Shown here piece by piece: positions 38,041-50,897 of a DNA stretch of 64,000 bases. This stretch comes from Lama glama. Its lineage: Eukaryota. A program made the translations under genes and the position numbers. The notes below the pieces were generated by a model, which was not told where the DNA came from, did no database searches, and worked only from the letters and a program-made list of their open reading frames with translations. Location of the stretch: the NCBI GenBank assembly GCA_028534125.1, contig CM052848.1, positions 11,656,001 to 11,720,000 on the forward strand. Reading direction: 5' to 3'. How positions within the stretch are numbered: position 1 is the stretch's first letter; every line of letters starts with the position of its first letter.

Positions 38041-39486
38041 GGGGAGCTGGGGGTGCCTGCTATTTGGAAGGTGGATGCAAATACATTTGTCATCTGTATA
38101 CAGTATATTCAGTATCTTAAATTTTTGCCTTTCATGCGCCATGATAAAAGTGGTTCCCTTTCCAGGACTGCATGTTTCATTAATATCACATTTTAATAAT
38201 TAAATAGCACAACTCGAGGGGCAATAGCTAAGATAAAAGTTTGCAGACGATCTATTGTTTTTCTCAGACAGCCCTTCTGAAGAGCCCGTGGAGATGCAGT
38301 TTAATGTTCGAAGTTCCAGAATGGGTTGTTTAAGACGATCTTGGGTGTTTACATCGTTTGGTTCGAGCAAGCGGCACCCCTCCTCTCGTCAGGTGCGGCG
38401 TCACTAATGATGGGGAGGAGGTGAGGGGCCGGCACTCCCGCTACATCATTATCCTCTTTAGCCACTCTCTGTCTGTGTCGGTGGCATTCCAGATACGACT
38501 AGTAATTTTTAATGTTGGGAAGGGAGAGGTCTGTTGTCTTTTTAATTCTCTCTGTTAGCATATTCTGTTTTATTAGACATAATTCAGAGGGAGAGAGAGA
38601 AAAGGGAGGCAGACCCTGGTTAAGGGGGATATATAATTGGGTGTAGTGGGATTAAACTGTTATTAGTGTACACTCCTAATGGATGCCCCATAAAGAACCC
38701 ATGGCAAAGACATTAATGAGTTATGAAGGGAGAGCCGGCAAGCTGAACGGTGTTTCCATGACCGCAATCCCACTTACACACAAATTGTTTAGTAACCTCT
38801 TGAAAGGAGTGCCAGACTCCTGATGTATGTAAGCAGAGAAATCTTCCATAATTCTCTGTTCTTTTTATATCTGTGACTTTCAGTTTGTAAGATTTCTCAC
38901 GTGCCAATCCTGATAATTTAGTTTTTTCCGACATCAAGCTTTGAATATTAAAAAAAATTCCTGAAGACTTTAATTCTAATGGAGAAATATATACATGAAG
39001 TTAAAAACATGGCCTCTTCTTGGATTTAAAAAAAAAAAAAAAAGCAAGATCTGTGAACACTAATGCCCCCAGGTGATGGGAGTGGGAAATGAGAAATAAG
39101 TTAAAGAAATGATTTTTTTTTAGACATAAATATTCAAATGTGCAAAAAAAGTAAATGTGAAAATTGTAATGTGCATTTCTGTCAAATTATAAAAAGAAAG
39201 TCAGAGCCACATCCTTTTCCTGTGGTTTCCTTGCTTGTGACGTTGCAGGTAAAACTCAAAGAGAAAGTGAAAGTGAAGAGGGTTTCACAGATGCACAAGA
39301 TAACGTGCTTAAGGCACTGGACGGATTTCTCTTTGGTCTACGTGTGTCTCTGTTGGATGACTTCCTACTTAAATTGTGTAAATATGTACAGTAAATTTTT
39401 CCTCTTTATATTTTTTTCATCCTCTCCCTCTCTCACAATAAAGTGAATTTTCCCCCTCTTAAAGAAACATATCATAGATTTGGTGA

Positions 39487-40384
39487 CAACAGCAGAGAAG
39501 CCAGGAGACATCATTCAGAGTCATCTTTGTGTGAAATTTTTTCCAGCCTCACAGATTCTTGATAAAACTTTTCTCTAAGCATCGCTTCTACCCTGCACTG
39601 TAATTCACAGCCGTGAATGTTGGTAAATTGCTTTCTACTCAGTAAAACCATCAGCTCACATGATGGGAATTATTCTGAGGCTTCTNNNNNNNNNNNNNNN
39701 NNNNNNNNNNNNNNNNNNNNNNNNNNNNNNNNNNNNNNNNNNNNNNNNNNNNNNNNNNNNNNNNNNNNNNNNNNNNNNNNNNNNNNNNNNNNNNNNNNNN
39801 NNNNNNNNNNNNNNNNNNNNNNNNNNNNNNNNNNNNNNNNNNNNNNNNNNNNNNNNNNNNNNNNNNNNNNNNNNNNNNNNNNNNNNNNNNNNNNNNNNNN
39901 NNNNNNNNNNNNNNNNNNNNNNNNNNNNNNNNNNNNNNNNNNNNNNNNNNNNNNNNNNNNNNNNNNNNNNNNNNNNNNNNNNNNNNNNNNNNNNNNNNNN
40001 NNNNNNNNNNNNNNNNNNNNNNNNNNNNNNNNNNNNNNNNNNNNNNNNNNNNNNNNNNNNNNNNNNNNNNNNNNNNNNNNNNNNNNNNNNNNNNNNNNNN
40101 NNNNNNNNNNNNNNNNNNNNNNNNNNNNNNNNNNNNNNNNNNNNNNNNNNNNNNNNNNNNNNNNNNNNNNNNNNNNNNNNNNNNNCAACAGCAGAGAAGC
40201 CAGGAGACATCATTCAGAGTCATCTTTGTGTGAAATTTTTTCCAGCCTCACAGATTCTTGATAAAACTTTTCTCTAAGCATCGCTTCTACCCTGCACTGT
40301 AATTCACAGCCGTGAATGTTGGTAAATTGCTTTCTACTCAGTAAAACCATCAGCTCACATGATGGGAATTATTCTGAGGCTTCT
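39487..40384. repeat. 199-bp direct duplication flanking a 500-N gap (probable scaffolding artefact)
   Basis: 39487-39685 reads identical to 40186-40384; the gap 39686-40185 is exactly 500 N. Confidence 0.92.
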
Positions 40385-41911
40385 TCTGCATTTTAAACTT
40401 TTTTAAGAATTAGTACTGTTCAAGCGCAAAGTTTCGAACACTATTCTTTCCCAAGTGAGTACGGTTTTTAAAGACGATTTAAATTCCGCGGCTGGCTGTG
40501 TTTTCTATAAATCCTCTGTACCTTTCTTCTGTGGAAGTCCATCCAGCATTTGTAACTTAGAATGTGTTTGGAAAGTATGAAGGGACTGAGGACGATGATC
40601 GAAGGAACCCCAGCTCCCTCCCGAGAAGGGATGTTTACGTAGGCAATTTCACACGATAAGGCTTGCAGTTAAGGTAGCACACATCCAAGGTCTAGGATTT
40701 AACCTTCCAAAGATGCGCAGTTTCATATTTTGATGTATCTTTTCGCTTTTATAAAATGAGTTTCAGTTCTCAGCCATAAACCACTAGGCAGAGAAATGAA
40801 AAGTTCTTTGCATGAGAAGTAGCGTCCTAAGGTATACGAAAACTTGGGGTTGGAAGTAATTTTCACTTCTTTCCACTCGTTTTTATTGCTTTCCAAAGTG
40901 AAAACTCCATAGACTCAGAAGCCAAAGGGCCTTTTGAAAAATGCCACTTTCAGATTTCAGCCAACAACCACAGCTGAGGCGACGAGGGAGGTTCTGACAA
41001 GACACTTGCTCGCTGCCGGCTACAGTTCCCACCTTTGTCTCCTCTGAAACTAACACGGGGCAAATTGAAAGAGTGATTATTTTAAGCCTCCACTGTCTTT
41101 CCTGATCCAGTGTCTACAGGATTTTCATAGAAAAAAGGAGCAGGAAAAGCAAGGGGAGATGTCAGACCTTGTCAGCTTCAGCTGCGGCTGTTGGCAGAGC
41201 CCTGAAAGTTCTAGCTTTTCAAGCAAGCTCCAGAAATCTCTGCTCTTTTTTTCCTTTCAAAACAAAAATGCTAATTGAACATCGACTTCGCCTTTACCTG
41301 TCCCTCCTTCTATGTTTTCCTTTTGCATTGTGGATTTTTAAGGATGAAGAAAAAATGGCACGATAGTTCATTTGGGCAGTTAGGAGGGAAACTTGCACTG
41401 CCAAAACTTTGTTCCAATAAATAACCCATGAATAATGGATTCTCTCTAACCACGGGACACTGTATCTGTGAACAGAAGTAACGGGTTTATCCAGTTGGCA
41501 ATTTATTCAGACCCTTGGTTTGGTCTCTTGTTCCCTTCCCAGTGAACATTTCTTCCTTGGTGAATCTCACCTCTTACGGGATAAGGCAAAAAATAAAAGG
41601 CAAGAGGTACCCTAAATGGTTTCTGCAAAAATCAAACCTAACCTCCATCACCAGCTAGTTTTTAGCTTTCTCTAGTGATTTAACAAGGTCGCTACATTTA
41701 GACTCAGAATCCAATACACTCACTGATTTTTGATCTCCCGATTCTGGCCAATTCTTTTTTTAATCACACGGTGGTTTAAATGAGTGCATAGTTTTAATAA
41801 CATTCTATTTTAAGACCTCAGAATATATGCTTAAATAAAAGAATTTTTTTTGAGTGCTTTATGTTATCATGGAAAGGGAGGTCTTCTGATTAACCTACTG
41901 ACAGCCTCGAT

Positions 41912-42135
41912 TTTTATTGTGTACTTAACCACGAACCAGGCACTTCACATGAGTTGTCCCAATTAATTCTCCCAGAAACACTTTGAGGGAGGTGCTATTT
42001 TCCTTATTTCACAGATGAGAAAGCTGGGGCTGGCTGCAATACCTTTCCAGTATCACGCAGGAAGAGCTGGGACGGCACGCAAACCCCCGCCTCTCTGATT
42101 CAGGACGCGTATTCTTAATGAGCTGGGCTACATCA
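41912..42135 (-). mobile_element. MIR SINE
   Basis: TTTATTGTGTACTTA..CCAGGCACT..CACTTTGAGGGAGGTGCTATTTTCCTTATTTCACAGATGAGAAAGCTG..CTGATTC: antisense MIR tail and core. Confidence 0.8.
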
Positions 42136-43461
42136 CAGTGTTTACCTCCGCTCGCTCACACCTGGGACACGGGAGGGTGGGATGTGGCACACGATGGTGG
42201 TCCCCGTCCTGCTTGCCAGTGCAGACAAATAAAAATGCAAGCTGACACCCTGGAGGGCACGGTATATCTACTCATCGTGGTGCTGCGGGGTAATTAGGAA
42301 GAAGGAAAGCTGTTCACAGAAAGAGATATAAATAGCGCTGGGCTTTGTCTTCTCACTTTGAAGCTCCTAGCATCTCCAGACAGCCTCGGTGTCAGCAGTT
42401 TCCCCCGAGCTCCTCTGGTGAGCATGTGGAAGGAAGTGGTTCTAGCTGACCACGGCTCTTTCCCAAAGCTGCCCGAGCCCACGTGCCTAGTATTGAAGTC
42501 CAGGGATGGAGAAATGCAGGAGACATGTGACCTCAGGGGCAAGTGCATGATCCCCTGGCACCCAGACATCTTGAACACAAGGAGAAAGACTGTGTTCACA
42601 TCAGGGGATGAGGCTGGCCCAGACAGTTCCTGTATTTTCCAAGGACATCATTCTCACCCCTTGCTACACGCACACCTTGAACAAACCACGTTTGCACATT
42701 GTTTCTGAGTTAGGAGTAGACCCGTATTTAGAGTCCGCCAGCTCAGAATTACCTATCTTTGTATGATAGGGGAAAAAAAAAGATATTCATAAGAGAAATC
42801 AGAGTTAGTGTCATTACATTTCAAATATCTGTGAGCTTTAACAATTGATGTGCATGTTGTAAAGTCTGAATGAAGACCCAAAATGATTTCTCAGGCTGAA
42901 GAAAGTGGAAGGCCCAGGAACTCAGGCATCACTAAGATGCTTGTGATCTGGAGGTCTGGAAGGGCAGAGGGCTGGAGACACCTTCAGGTGGGAGGAGGGC
43001 AGAGTTGGGAAATGACTCTGCTCTACAGCAAGCTGGCTTTTACGTGTCCTGCCCAGTGTACACGGGCATTCTCGCCTACACTAGCTCATTCATAAAGGTG
43101 AGATGGCACAACTTCCGCCAGAGTATGTTCCCTGGTTGTTCTTGAAGTCACGGTCCTTTCCACCTTAATTACTCAGGTCAATTGCCAACTTCCTTTTCTT
43201 CAGAAACCAAAGTCTTCTTTTCAGGATTGAACGCTCACTGATTCTCATTAGATAACAATATTTTTGAGGGAATTTTTATACATTTCTTGATAGAATCACC
43301 TTAGACTGCCAGAGCAAAACCCCGAAATGACTTTGAGTCGTCTAATTAAAAATACATAGCATTTTCAAAAGGCAAATACCCCAAATCTTCTAACTTAAAG
43401 AAATTCTAATTCTTCTATAAATTTGCACTAATTTTGCTGGTATATACCTGCTGGTATGTAT

Positions 43462-43808
43462 TACACACACATACACATACATACACACATACATACACAT
43501 ACATATACATGCATATACACATAGACATATACACAACACACATACATATATACACATGCATACATATACATATACACATACACATATACACAACATACAT
43601 ACACATGCATGTATACATATATACACATGCATATATATAATACACATATATACGTGCACATAGACACATGTACACACACATAGACATACATATATGCATA
43701 CACATATATGCACATATACACATACACATGTGTGCACATAAGTACACATATATGTATATGCATATGCATATGTATGCATGCACATGCAATACACATGTAC
43801 ACATACAT
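43462..43808. repeat. Degenerate (CA/TA)n low-complexity tract
   Basis: ~350 bp of ACACATACATATAC-type alternation. Confidence 0.95.
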
Positions 43809-43824
43809 TTTTTAAACTGAGAAA

Positions 43825-44010
43825 GCATATGTAATGAGCACAGACGCTGAAGCCCGAGACAGCAGTCTGGGTTTTGGTTCTCGTTTCTTGGCTTCCTTGT
43901 GCCTTCCTTTCTTCATCTCTAAAGCAGAGGGAAGAGCAGGACCTCTGTCCCTGCTCCATGGTACACACGATGAAAGTGTCTGTTGAATGAATAAATTATC
44001 GTTATGATGA
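43825..44010 (+). mobile_element. MIR-like relic
   Basis: GAGCACAGACGCTGAAGCC...TTGTGCCTTCCTTTCTTCATCTCTAAAGCAGAGG, then an L2/MIR-like TGTTGAATGAATAAAT tail. Confidence 0.5.
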
Positions 44011-44219
44011 TAATCCGACCACGATGACGGGATGAGGTAAACACCACTGTCAGAATTCAGGCTCCTTCTAGCCCAGGAGGCGGCACAGTTAATACGACAC
44101 TTAAGAGCAAGTCAGCCCGACCCTAAACCCTGTGTTCTTCCCACTAAATCACACCTCCACCTTTGCCTCGTTGACTCTTGTCAATCAATTTTCTTTCTAT
44201 ACCAACTTATTTTAAGGCT

Positions 44220-44790
44220 TACTATATTTTTCACTTGAAGATATTCTTCATACACTGTGGGTGCTAATTGTTTAATGATTATATAGCGTATAGTTTAAAT
44301 TTGCTTTTTGAACTTATATTTTATGGCATCTTTTTTTTAATGCAGACAAATCAATCTTGTAGCATGTTCTTCTTTGTTGTCACTTAGGGAAACTTAAACT
44401 CCGTATCAAAAGCAGATTCTCTTATATTGTCTTCTAACAGGTTTAGGTTTGTTTTTCCTACTTAAAGCATGGATCCAACTGGGATATAGTTTTGAAAACA
44501 GTGTGAGGTAGGGGTCTAATTTTATCTTGTCAACCTCTTCTCCCTCCAGTTGTTCCTGCACCATTTATTGACAAGTTCACTACATCCCTCCTTATTTGCC
44601 ACCCCAGCTCAGTATAAGGCCACGTTCCGGAGCACCTGCATGCACACGCACACAGACACACCTGTGCACGTGCGTGTGCATGACTGCGCCTGAGGCCCTG
44701 GTTCTGTCCTAGTGGTCAGTTTGTTTATCCTGCCATGAGCACTGCAATGATTTAGTCACGATGGCTTTATAATAAGCCTTAGGACTTGTT
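44220..44790 (-). mobile_element. Old L1M ORF2 fragment
   Basis: GTGTGAGGTAGGGGTCTAATTTTAT...CCAGTTGTTCCTGCACCATTTATTGA is a characteristic antisense L1M ORF2 segment. Confidence 0.7.
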
Positions 44791-45549
44791 TTTCTCCTTT
44801 TTCTCCATCAATACTCTTTAATGAATGGACTGCTTTTGTCTGCGTGATTTTTAAGTTCCTCTTGCACTTTTCTGCTTACTTTAGGGGTCAGTTTTTAATT
44901 CCTGATGTAGCCCTTTTCCAGTGATGCCCGTGGATGGTAGACTCTGAATCTCTGTCTGAAAATGTTTGAATTTCAACTCTCGTCTCAGATGGTTGCGTAT
45001 CTGGACCTGGCAGACTCTGCCGACAGTCCGTTTACCTTCTTCCATCCACTTCAGATACTAGTCTTTCTTCCTGGCATCGGAGGAGTTTCCACTTTAGAGC
45101 TCAGCTGCATTAAAGGAATATTTTTGAAAGTATATCTCGCCTTTTTGGTGCGTGTACCCAGAAAGCTTTCATGCTATCTAGTCTCCCATACTCCTAGAAC
45201 CAGAAATCTTAGGATCCCCCTTATCAGATCTTAGCCAGGGTGCACAATGGAAATCACGGTGGGGCTTTCAGAGACCGACCTGTCTTCTTCATTTTATCTT
45301 CAAATCACCTTTCTATATTCAGTGATACAGGTGAATATGTACTTTTATTTACACGTGGATTATATTCTACTTATGAAACAATATCTGAATACTTGGTCAA
45401 GGCTTTTGTGAACCATCCACAAAATTCAAAGCTGAAAGGGTAGAGCGCTCCAGGACAAGAACACCTCCACCCCAGCTGTGGCCACTGAGCGCATCCTCTT
45501 TGCAGCTCTCTGGGCGTTGGTGTTATCTTTGTTTCTTGTCTCTTAAAGA

Positions 45550-46220
45550 CATTTTACGTTTCCACCAGCAGGTGTGAGTGTTCCAGGTCCCCCACATCCT
45601 CACCAGCACATGTGATGACTGGTGTTTTTAATTTTAGCCATTTGCCGTTCTAATAAGCATGTAATAGTATCTCACCATGGTTTTACTTTGCATTCCATAA
45701 TCATTAATGATGTGAGCGTCTTTTCACGCGCTCATCTGTCATCTGTATATCTTCTGTGGTGAGGTGTCTGTTTGAATATTTTACCCATTTAATTGATTTT
45801 TTTGTTTCCTTATTACTGGGTTTTGAGGGTTCTTTACATTCCAGAAACAAGTCTTTTTTCTTCAGATATTTGCTTTGAAAATATATTTTTCATTTTGTGG
45901 CTGGTCCTTGCTTCTCATTAAGAGTGTCTTTCCCACAGAAAATTTTCAATTTTGATGAAGTCCAATTTAAATTTATCAATTTTTTTTTTATTGATGGTGA
46001 TTTTGCTGTTGTACCTAACAAATCTGTAGGCAGGCAAAGTCACAAATAATTTTTTTTCTCTTGTGTTTTCTTCTAGAAGTTGTAATAGTTGTAGTTTTCA
46101 CATTTAAGTCTATGATATAGTTTAAGTTAATTTTTTCATATGATGAGATCATGTGGGTCATTCATTTGTTGGTTATAGAACCTAATTGTTCTTGTACCAT
46201 GTGTTGAAATGCCTGCCATA
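45550..46220 (-). mobile_element. L1M ORF2 3' region
   Basis: CCACCAGCA..CCACATCCTCACCAGCAC..TAGTATCTCACCATGGTTTTACTTTGCATT..TTTTGATGAAGTCCAATTT..TTTTCTTCTAGAAGTT. Confidence 0.88.
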
Positions 46221-46367
46221 TTTTGATACACACAGTTTTTCTTTTAGCTTTTTGGTTCAGTTAAACACATCAATCTTTTTGTTTGTTTGTTTCCCTTTTA
46301 CTTTAACCCTTAGAAAAGGCTTCTCCAGCCAGAGATCAAATAAATTACATTTCCTCCAGGGGGTTTT

Positions 46368-46487
46368 ACATATATACACACATACACACACACACATTTT
46401 ATATGTATACATACGTTTTTATATATACATTTATATACATATATATACACATATGCATGATATATATATGTTTTACATGTATATATA
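46368..46487. repeat. (TA/CA)n low-complexity tract
   Basis: ACATATATACACACATACAC...TATATA. Confidence 0.88.
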
Positions 46488-46679
46488 ATTTAATTAATTA
46501 GATTCTTACAAGATAATTTACACTAAAATGATTCCCATTGGTTTCAAAGTTCACAGGGAAAAAACAAAAACTGAAAGAGCAGGAAGAATACATAAGTTTT
46601 TATTAGGGTGAGCTCAAACTGAAACAGGAGCCATTAGTACATAAACAAGAGGTAAAATTCTGTAATACAGCATCAAATA

Positions 46680-47180
46680 TATATTCAACACTAATACATC
46701 TGGAAACATTAAAGAATCTAAGAAAATACAAAATGACAAAATTGGCTGGAAAAGTTGACAAACTAAACATAACAATAAATGTGGAAGAAACGGGAATAGT
46801 TTTCAAAGAATTATCTCCATGAAATGTAGATCACATGTAGCGTCATGGGTGAATTCTTTCAAAAACTTCAAATAACATCCGTAGGATATAAACTGAATCA
46901 GAGCATCGAAAAGGATGGACAGTTTCCTGGTTACATCTGCAAAGCTTGTACAACACTCAGAAACAAAACTACAGTCTAATCTCAATCGTGCATGGGGATG
47001 TAAAAATTCCTAAGCCGTATTAGAAGATTGAGTCAATCAAATCTAGAAGTACAGGGAAAAATTAATATGCTATATCCTGTTAAGTGTTAATCTAGGCCGC
47101 CCTGCATGGTTCATTATGGAAAATCTAGTAATATTAAATCAATAGAGAAACTATATGATTACCATGAAATACGCCCAAGA
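46680..47180 (+). mobile_element. Very old L1 ORF2 (RT N-terminal) fragment
   Basis: Decayed equivalents, in order, of GEFYQTFK (GGTGAATTCTTTCAAAAACTTCAAA), NYRPIS..DAKIL (AACTACAGTCTAATCTC..GATGTAAAAATTCCT), WFNIRKS (TGGTTCATTATGGAAAATCT) and HMII. Confidence 0.7.
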
Positions 47181-47189
47181 TCTATTTTG

Positions 47190-48385
47190 TAACATTTTTC
47201 ATTTTCAGCAAATTGTAGTTCCACACACACAATTATAAGAAATAATATAGAAAATAATATGGAAATTATATACCCAGTTTTCCCTGTGTAACATCTTACT
47301 AGCTATAGTACAAGATCACAGCCAGGAAATTTATATTGATGAGCTCTATCTGCCTTATTCAAATTCCACCAGTTTTGCATACACTCAGTTACACAGGCTT
47401 AATTCTGCCTAAGTTTATCCCAAGGGTGACCACCCCCACAGTCAGGGCGCAGGACTCTTTCCCCAGAAGGACTGCCCATGCTAACTTTCATGGCCACAGA
47501 CACTTCCTTGGTGACCACTGACCCATCCTCTCTTTCTGTGATTTTGTCAATTTATTTTCAAGAACGTTGTGTAAGTGAATCACACACTATGCATCCTTTC
47601 TTCACTCAGCATAATACCTCTGAGACACACCCAGGTCGTCGCATCTATCAAGTTTATTCTGTCGCATTGCTGGGCTTTATTTCATGGTCGGGATGCACCA
47701 CATTGTTTTAAAACCATCCACCTGTTGAAGGACCTGGCAGTTGTTTCCAGCTGGGTTATGTTTCTAGTTTGGTTATTATGTATAAAGCTGCTATGAAAAT
47801 TTATGTGCGAGTTTTTCTGCAAATGTAAGTTTTTATTTCTCTTGAATAAATGGCTCAGTGTATCCCCCAATGTTTTTAAGTACAACTTCTGGGTCATATG
47901 GTATGCATATGTTTGGTTTTGTCAGCCATTGCCATACGCATTTTCATTTTCTATTCATCCCCACTAGCAATATATGAGTTTTCCGGTTTCTCTGCATCCC
48001 TGCTGGCATTGGACGATATCACTATTTTTTTTTATTTGAGCCATTCTTTTAGGTGTGTAGTAATATCTCCTTGTAGTTTCCATCTGCATTTCCCTAATGG
48101 CTAATGATATTGAACATCTTTTCGTGTGCTTATTTGCCATCTGTGTATCCTCTTCAGTAAAATGTCTATTCACATCTTTTGGCCATTTTCTAACTGGTTT
48201 GTTCATTTGCAAATATTTCCTAAGTCTCTAGCTTGCCTTTCATTATCTTAACAGAGTTTTTGCAGAGCAAAAGTTTTATTTTTGATGAAGGTCAGTTTAT
48301 CAATTTGTCCTTTTATTATTTGTACATTTGGTGTCACATCCAAGAACTATTTGGCAAGCCCTAGATTCAGATTTTCTCCTATTTT
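47190..48385 (-). mobile_element. L1MB/L1MC-type 3' UTR plus ORF2 C-terminus
   Basis: ORF 47964-48212 (KWPKDVNRHFTEEDTQMANKHTKRCSISLAIREMQMETT) is the L1 ORF2 C-terminal domain; 3'UTR motif ATAAGAAATAATA..ACCCAGTTT..GTAACATCTT..CTATAGTACAA. Confidence 0.92.
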
Positions 48386-48499
48386 GTGGACCATATTGAG
48401 GTTGGCTGGGTAGATAAAATAATTGCATTTAAGTTATCCATAGACACTTGAAATCCATAGTATAATTATGTATTTATTTCATCACATCAAATTGGTTTC

Positions 48500-48830
48500 A
48501 TGATTTAGATTGTGAATATCCTTCTTTTTTTTGCCTATTTGCTGTCAAGCCCTCATAAAAGTACATCAAAATCTCTCACTTCTGTTGATTTTCTGTCAAT
48601 CACTTTTTGTGCTTTCAACCACATTTATTTATACAGTTTGATACTATGTAATTCTCTACATAAATGCTCATGAGCATTATCTTCTTTGATGATTATATTC
48701 TTAACTTTTAAGAGAAAGATATGTCCTTCTTGGCTCTGACATATGCTTTTTAGCCTTCAATTATGCTTTGCCAGATATTAATAGGGACAATTATCTCATT
48801 TTCACTTATTGTCATGAAGTAATATGCTTA
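48500..48830 (-). mobile_element. Very old L1 ORF2 endonuclease-region fragment
   Basis: AAAATCTCTCACT..GATTTTCTGTCAAT..TGCTTTTTAGCCTT..TTTGCCAGATATTAATA resembles the antisense L1ME endonuclease segment. Confidence 0.55.
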
Positions 48831-49546
48831 GTTCCTTTTTGTTTGTATGATATTTTCATTTTTTTCTTGTTCATGTTTTCCTTTTATTTTATTTTATTTT
48901 CGTCTTTTTGGCAATGTGAGTTAGGATCTATTTGATCTTTCTCTGCAGTAACTCTGAAGTTACAAATCTTGTTTTATTTTTACTACCAGATGCCTTTAAA
49001 GCACAAGCCTTAAGGTCCTGTCATTGACCCCATCAAGCATCCAACCTGCTGCTCTGCTGCTTGATGTGGCCGTACCTGATCTCCATTCCTGATGCTGTTA
49101 TTAAAAACTAGAGAAACAGATTCTGAGTGGCACCCTCCTGTTCTTGCCCCTCGAAATGGTGCAGTTGAGTTTTGTATAAAATCTCTGTTTATATCTTGTC
49201 AAAGCACATTTCTTTCTATGGAAGGAAAAATGCAAGTTTTCTTTTGGCATCTTTATCAAATCCAGTCCAGCTGAACAATATCTAACTTGAATTTCTAAAA
49301 ATTCAAAAACCCTCCTGTTTATATAACCCTTTGCTCATCTTAATTGGACTCTGTGGAGGAAAAGCTGAAGTTTGAGCTAAGGCAGCTCCCTACCTGGCCA
49401 AGACTGAACCTTGGGGCTGTGCGCACGATATCGTGGAAAAAGGTAAACTAGGGAAGAGTTTATAAAACAATAAACGGCATTTTGAGCTTTCAGAACTTTT
49501 TAATTTCTCATGTTCTGAAACTCATTATTTAAAAACATACATCTCA

Positions 49547-49689
49547 GGGTCGGGGGAGGGTATAGCCCAAGTGGTAGAGCGTGTGCTTAGCATGCATGAG
49601 GTCCAGGGTTCAATCCCCAGCATCTCCTCTAAAAACAAATGAATAAATAAACCTAATTACCTCCCCCTCAAAACAACAACAACAACAAC
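49547..49689 (+). mobile_element. tRNA-Ala-derived SINE, camelid vic-1-like, with 16-bp target-site duplication
   Basis: GGGGAGGGTATAGCCCAAGTGGTAGAGCGTGTGCTTAGCATGCATGAGGTCCAGGGTTCAATCCCCAG head, AATAAATAAACCTAATTACCTCCCCC and (CAA)n tail; TSD AAAAACATACATCTCA (49531-49546) / AAAAACACACATCTCA (49690-49705) at a TTT|AAAAA L1-endonuclease site. Confidence 0.95.
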
Positions 49690-50530
49690 AAAAACACACA
49701 TCTCAAAATATGTAATTAATATAAGAACAACCTAAGAATATAAATTTAGTATACTAAGTGTACATAGGATTATTTAATCTTCATGGTTTCAAGACTAATA
49801 TTTAAATCCATGAAGAAATTCTTATTTATTTCATAGCCCTTCCTGAGAAGATTTTTCAAAGGCAAAATAAACTACTCTAAAAATATTGTTTAATCTTAGG
49901 ATCAAGAATCATATTCTTAAATCATCACAATTATAATTTACTGTATGTAATTTTACACATTCTCTTGAATTCCTCTAGAGTAATTTAAATAATCAAATCA
50001 AATTACCCTGTTGGCTATTTACTTTTAGATTTCTTATAAAGGGGACAAACGTATCTTAGACTGAGAACTTTCCTAACTTAGAATCTGTGCATTTCACCAA
50101 GGCCATGCATCTTGTATCTCAGAAGAAGACCGCTAGACTTAAATGTCCTCAACATAATAATTCTGTGGTAAAGAGCTTTTTACTCTGACAGTTTCTTTCA
50201 TGGAGGTCAAAATGTGGCATACGGTTTTTCTCTGGTCTGCAAACTTTCTTCAGAAACAATTAGAGTTGTTTGAGCTGTTTTTAAGATAACTCTCACCTCC
50301 TCTTTTACCTTGCACTGTTTTCAAATCCAAAATAACAAAACATCAAAGTAGTACCTCAGCCAAATGGTTTATGTTCCTCTCCTCATCCCTCTAACTGAAG
50401 TCTTATTTATAGTTTCAGTAAAATGTTTTTGAATTGTAAAAGTTAGGAGTTTGTTTGAAACCTTCAGTACAATTGAAAGTTTATTTTCCTGTGATTAACT
50501 CACTCTGCAAACGGCATGCGTGAAATAATA

Positions 50531-50630
50531 GAATCACAGTAAACTTTGGAAGGAAACAGAGATCATTTGTCAAACGATCTTATTTACAGATGAGAAAGTT
50601 TGGCCCAGAGACGTTCTATGATTTGTGTGA
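50531..50630 (-). mobile_element. MIR3-like relic
   Basis: AGAATCACAG..TGGAAGGAAACAGAGATCATTTGTC..TTTACAGATGAGAAAGTTTGGCCCAGAGA. Confidence 0.65.
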
Positions 50631-50897
50631 TGAAAGAGTCATAACGTCAGTAGCATGTGGGGTTTCCAAGCAAAACAGGACGAAGGCAGAAAGTTGAATT
50701 CATTCCCCCAACAATTCAGATCAAAAGGAGCTGAGGTATCCGAATTCAAAAGCCAGATTATACGTTTGCCCTCAAGTCAGGACAAATGTTATTTGCAGTT
50801 TCCCCTATTCACATGATTTGCCTGCTTTCTGATTAAATATTTAATCAGCAATGACTACCGAAGCAGAAGACTTAAGACGCTCATTGTGGTTCCCGTC

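Noticed and set aside
39487-40384. Paired LTRs or a real tandem duplication
   Set aside because: No TG..CA ends or TSD; exact identity abutting a round 500-N gap points to a scaffolding artefact.
42105-42118. 14-nt reverse complement of part of miR-137 (ACGCGTATTCTTAA)
   Set aside because: It lies inside a MIR relic, excludes most of the seed match and has no hairpin.
43390-43968. 115-192 aa C/V/Y/M-rich ORFs
   Set aside because: They are translations of a (CA/TA)n low-complexity tract.
47964-48212. 82-aa ORF as a host gene exon
   Set aside because: It is the L1 ORF2 C-terminus within a decayed L1.
49552-49628. tRNA-Ala-like gene
   Set aside because: It is the head of a SINE: SINE tail, TSD and a second homologous copy at 32 kb.
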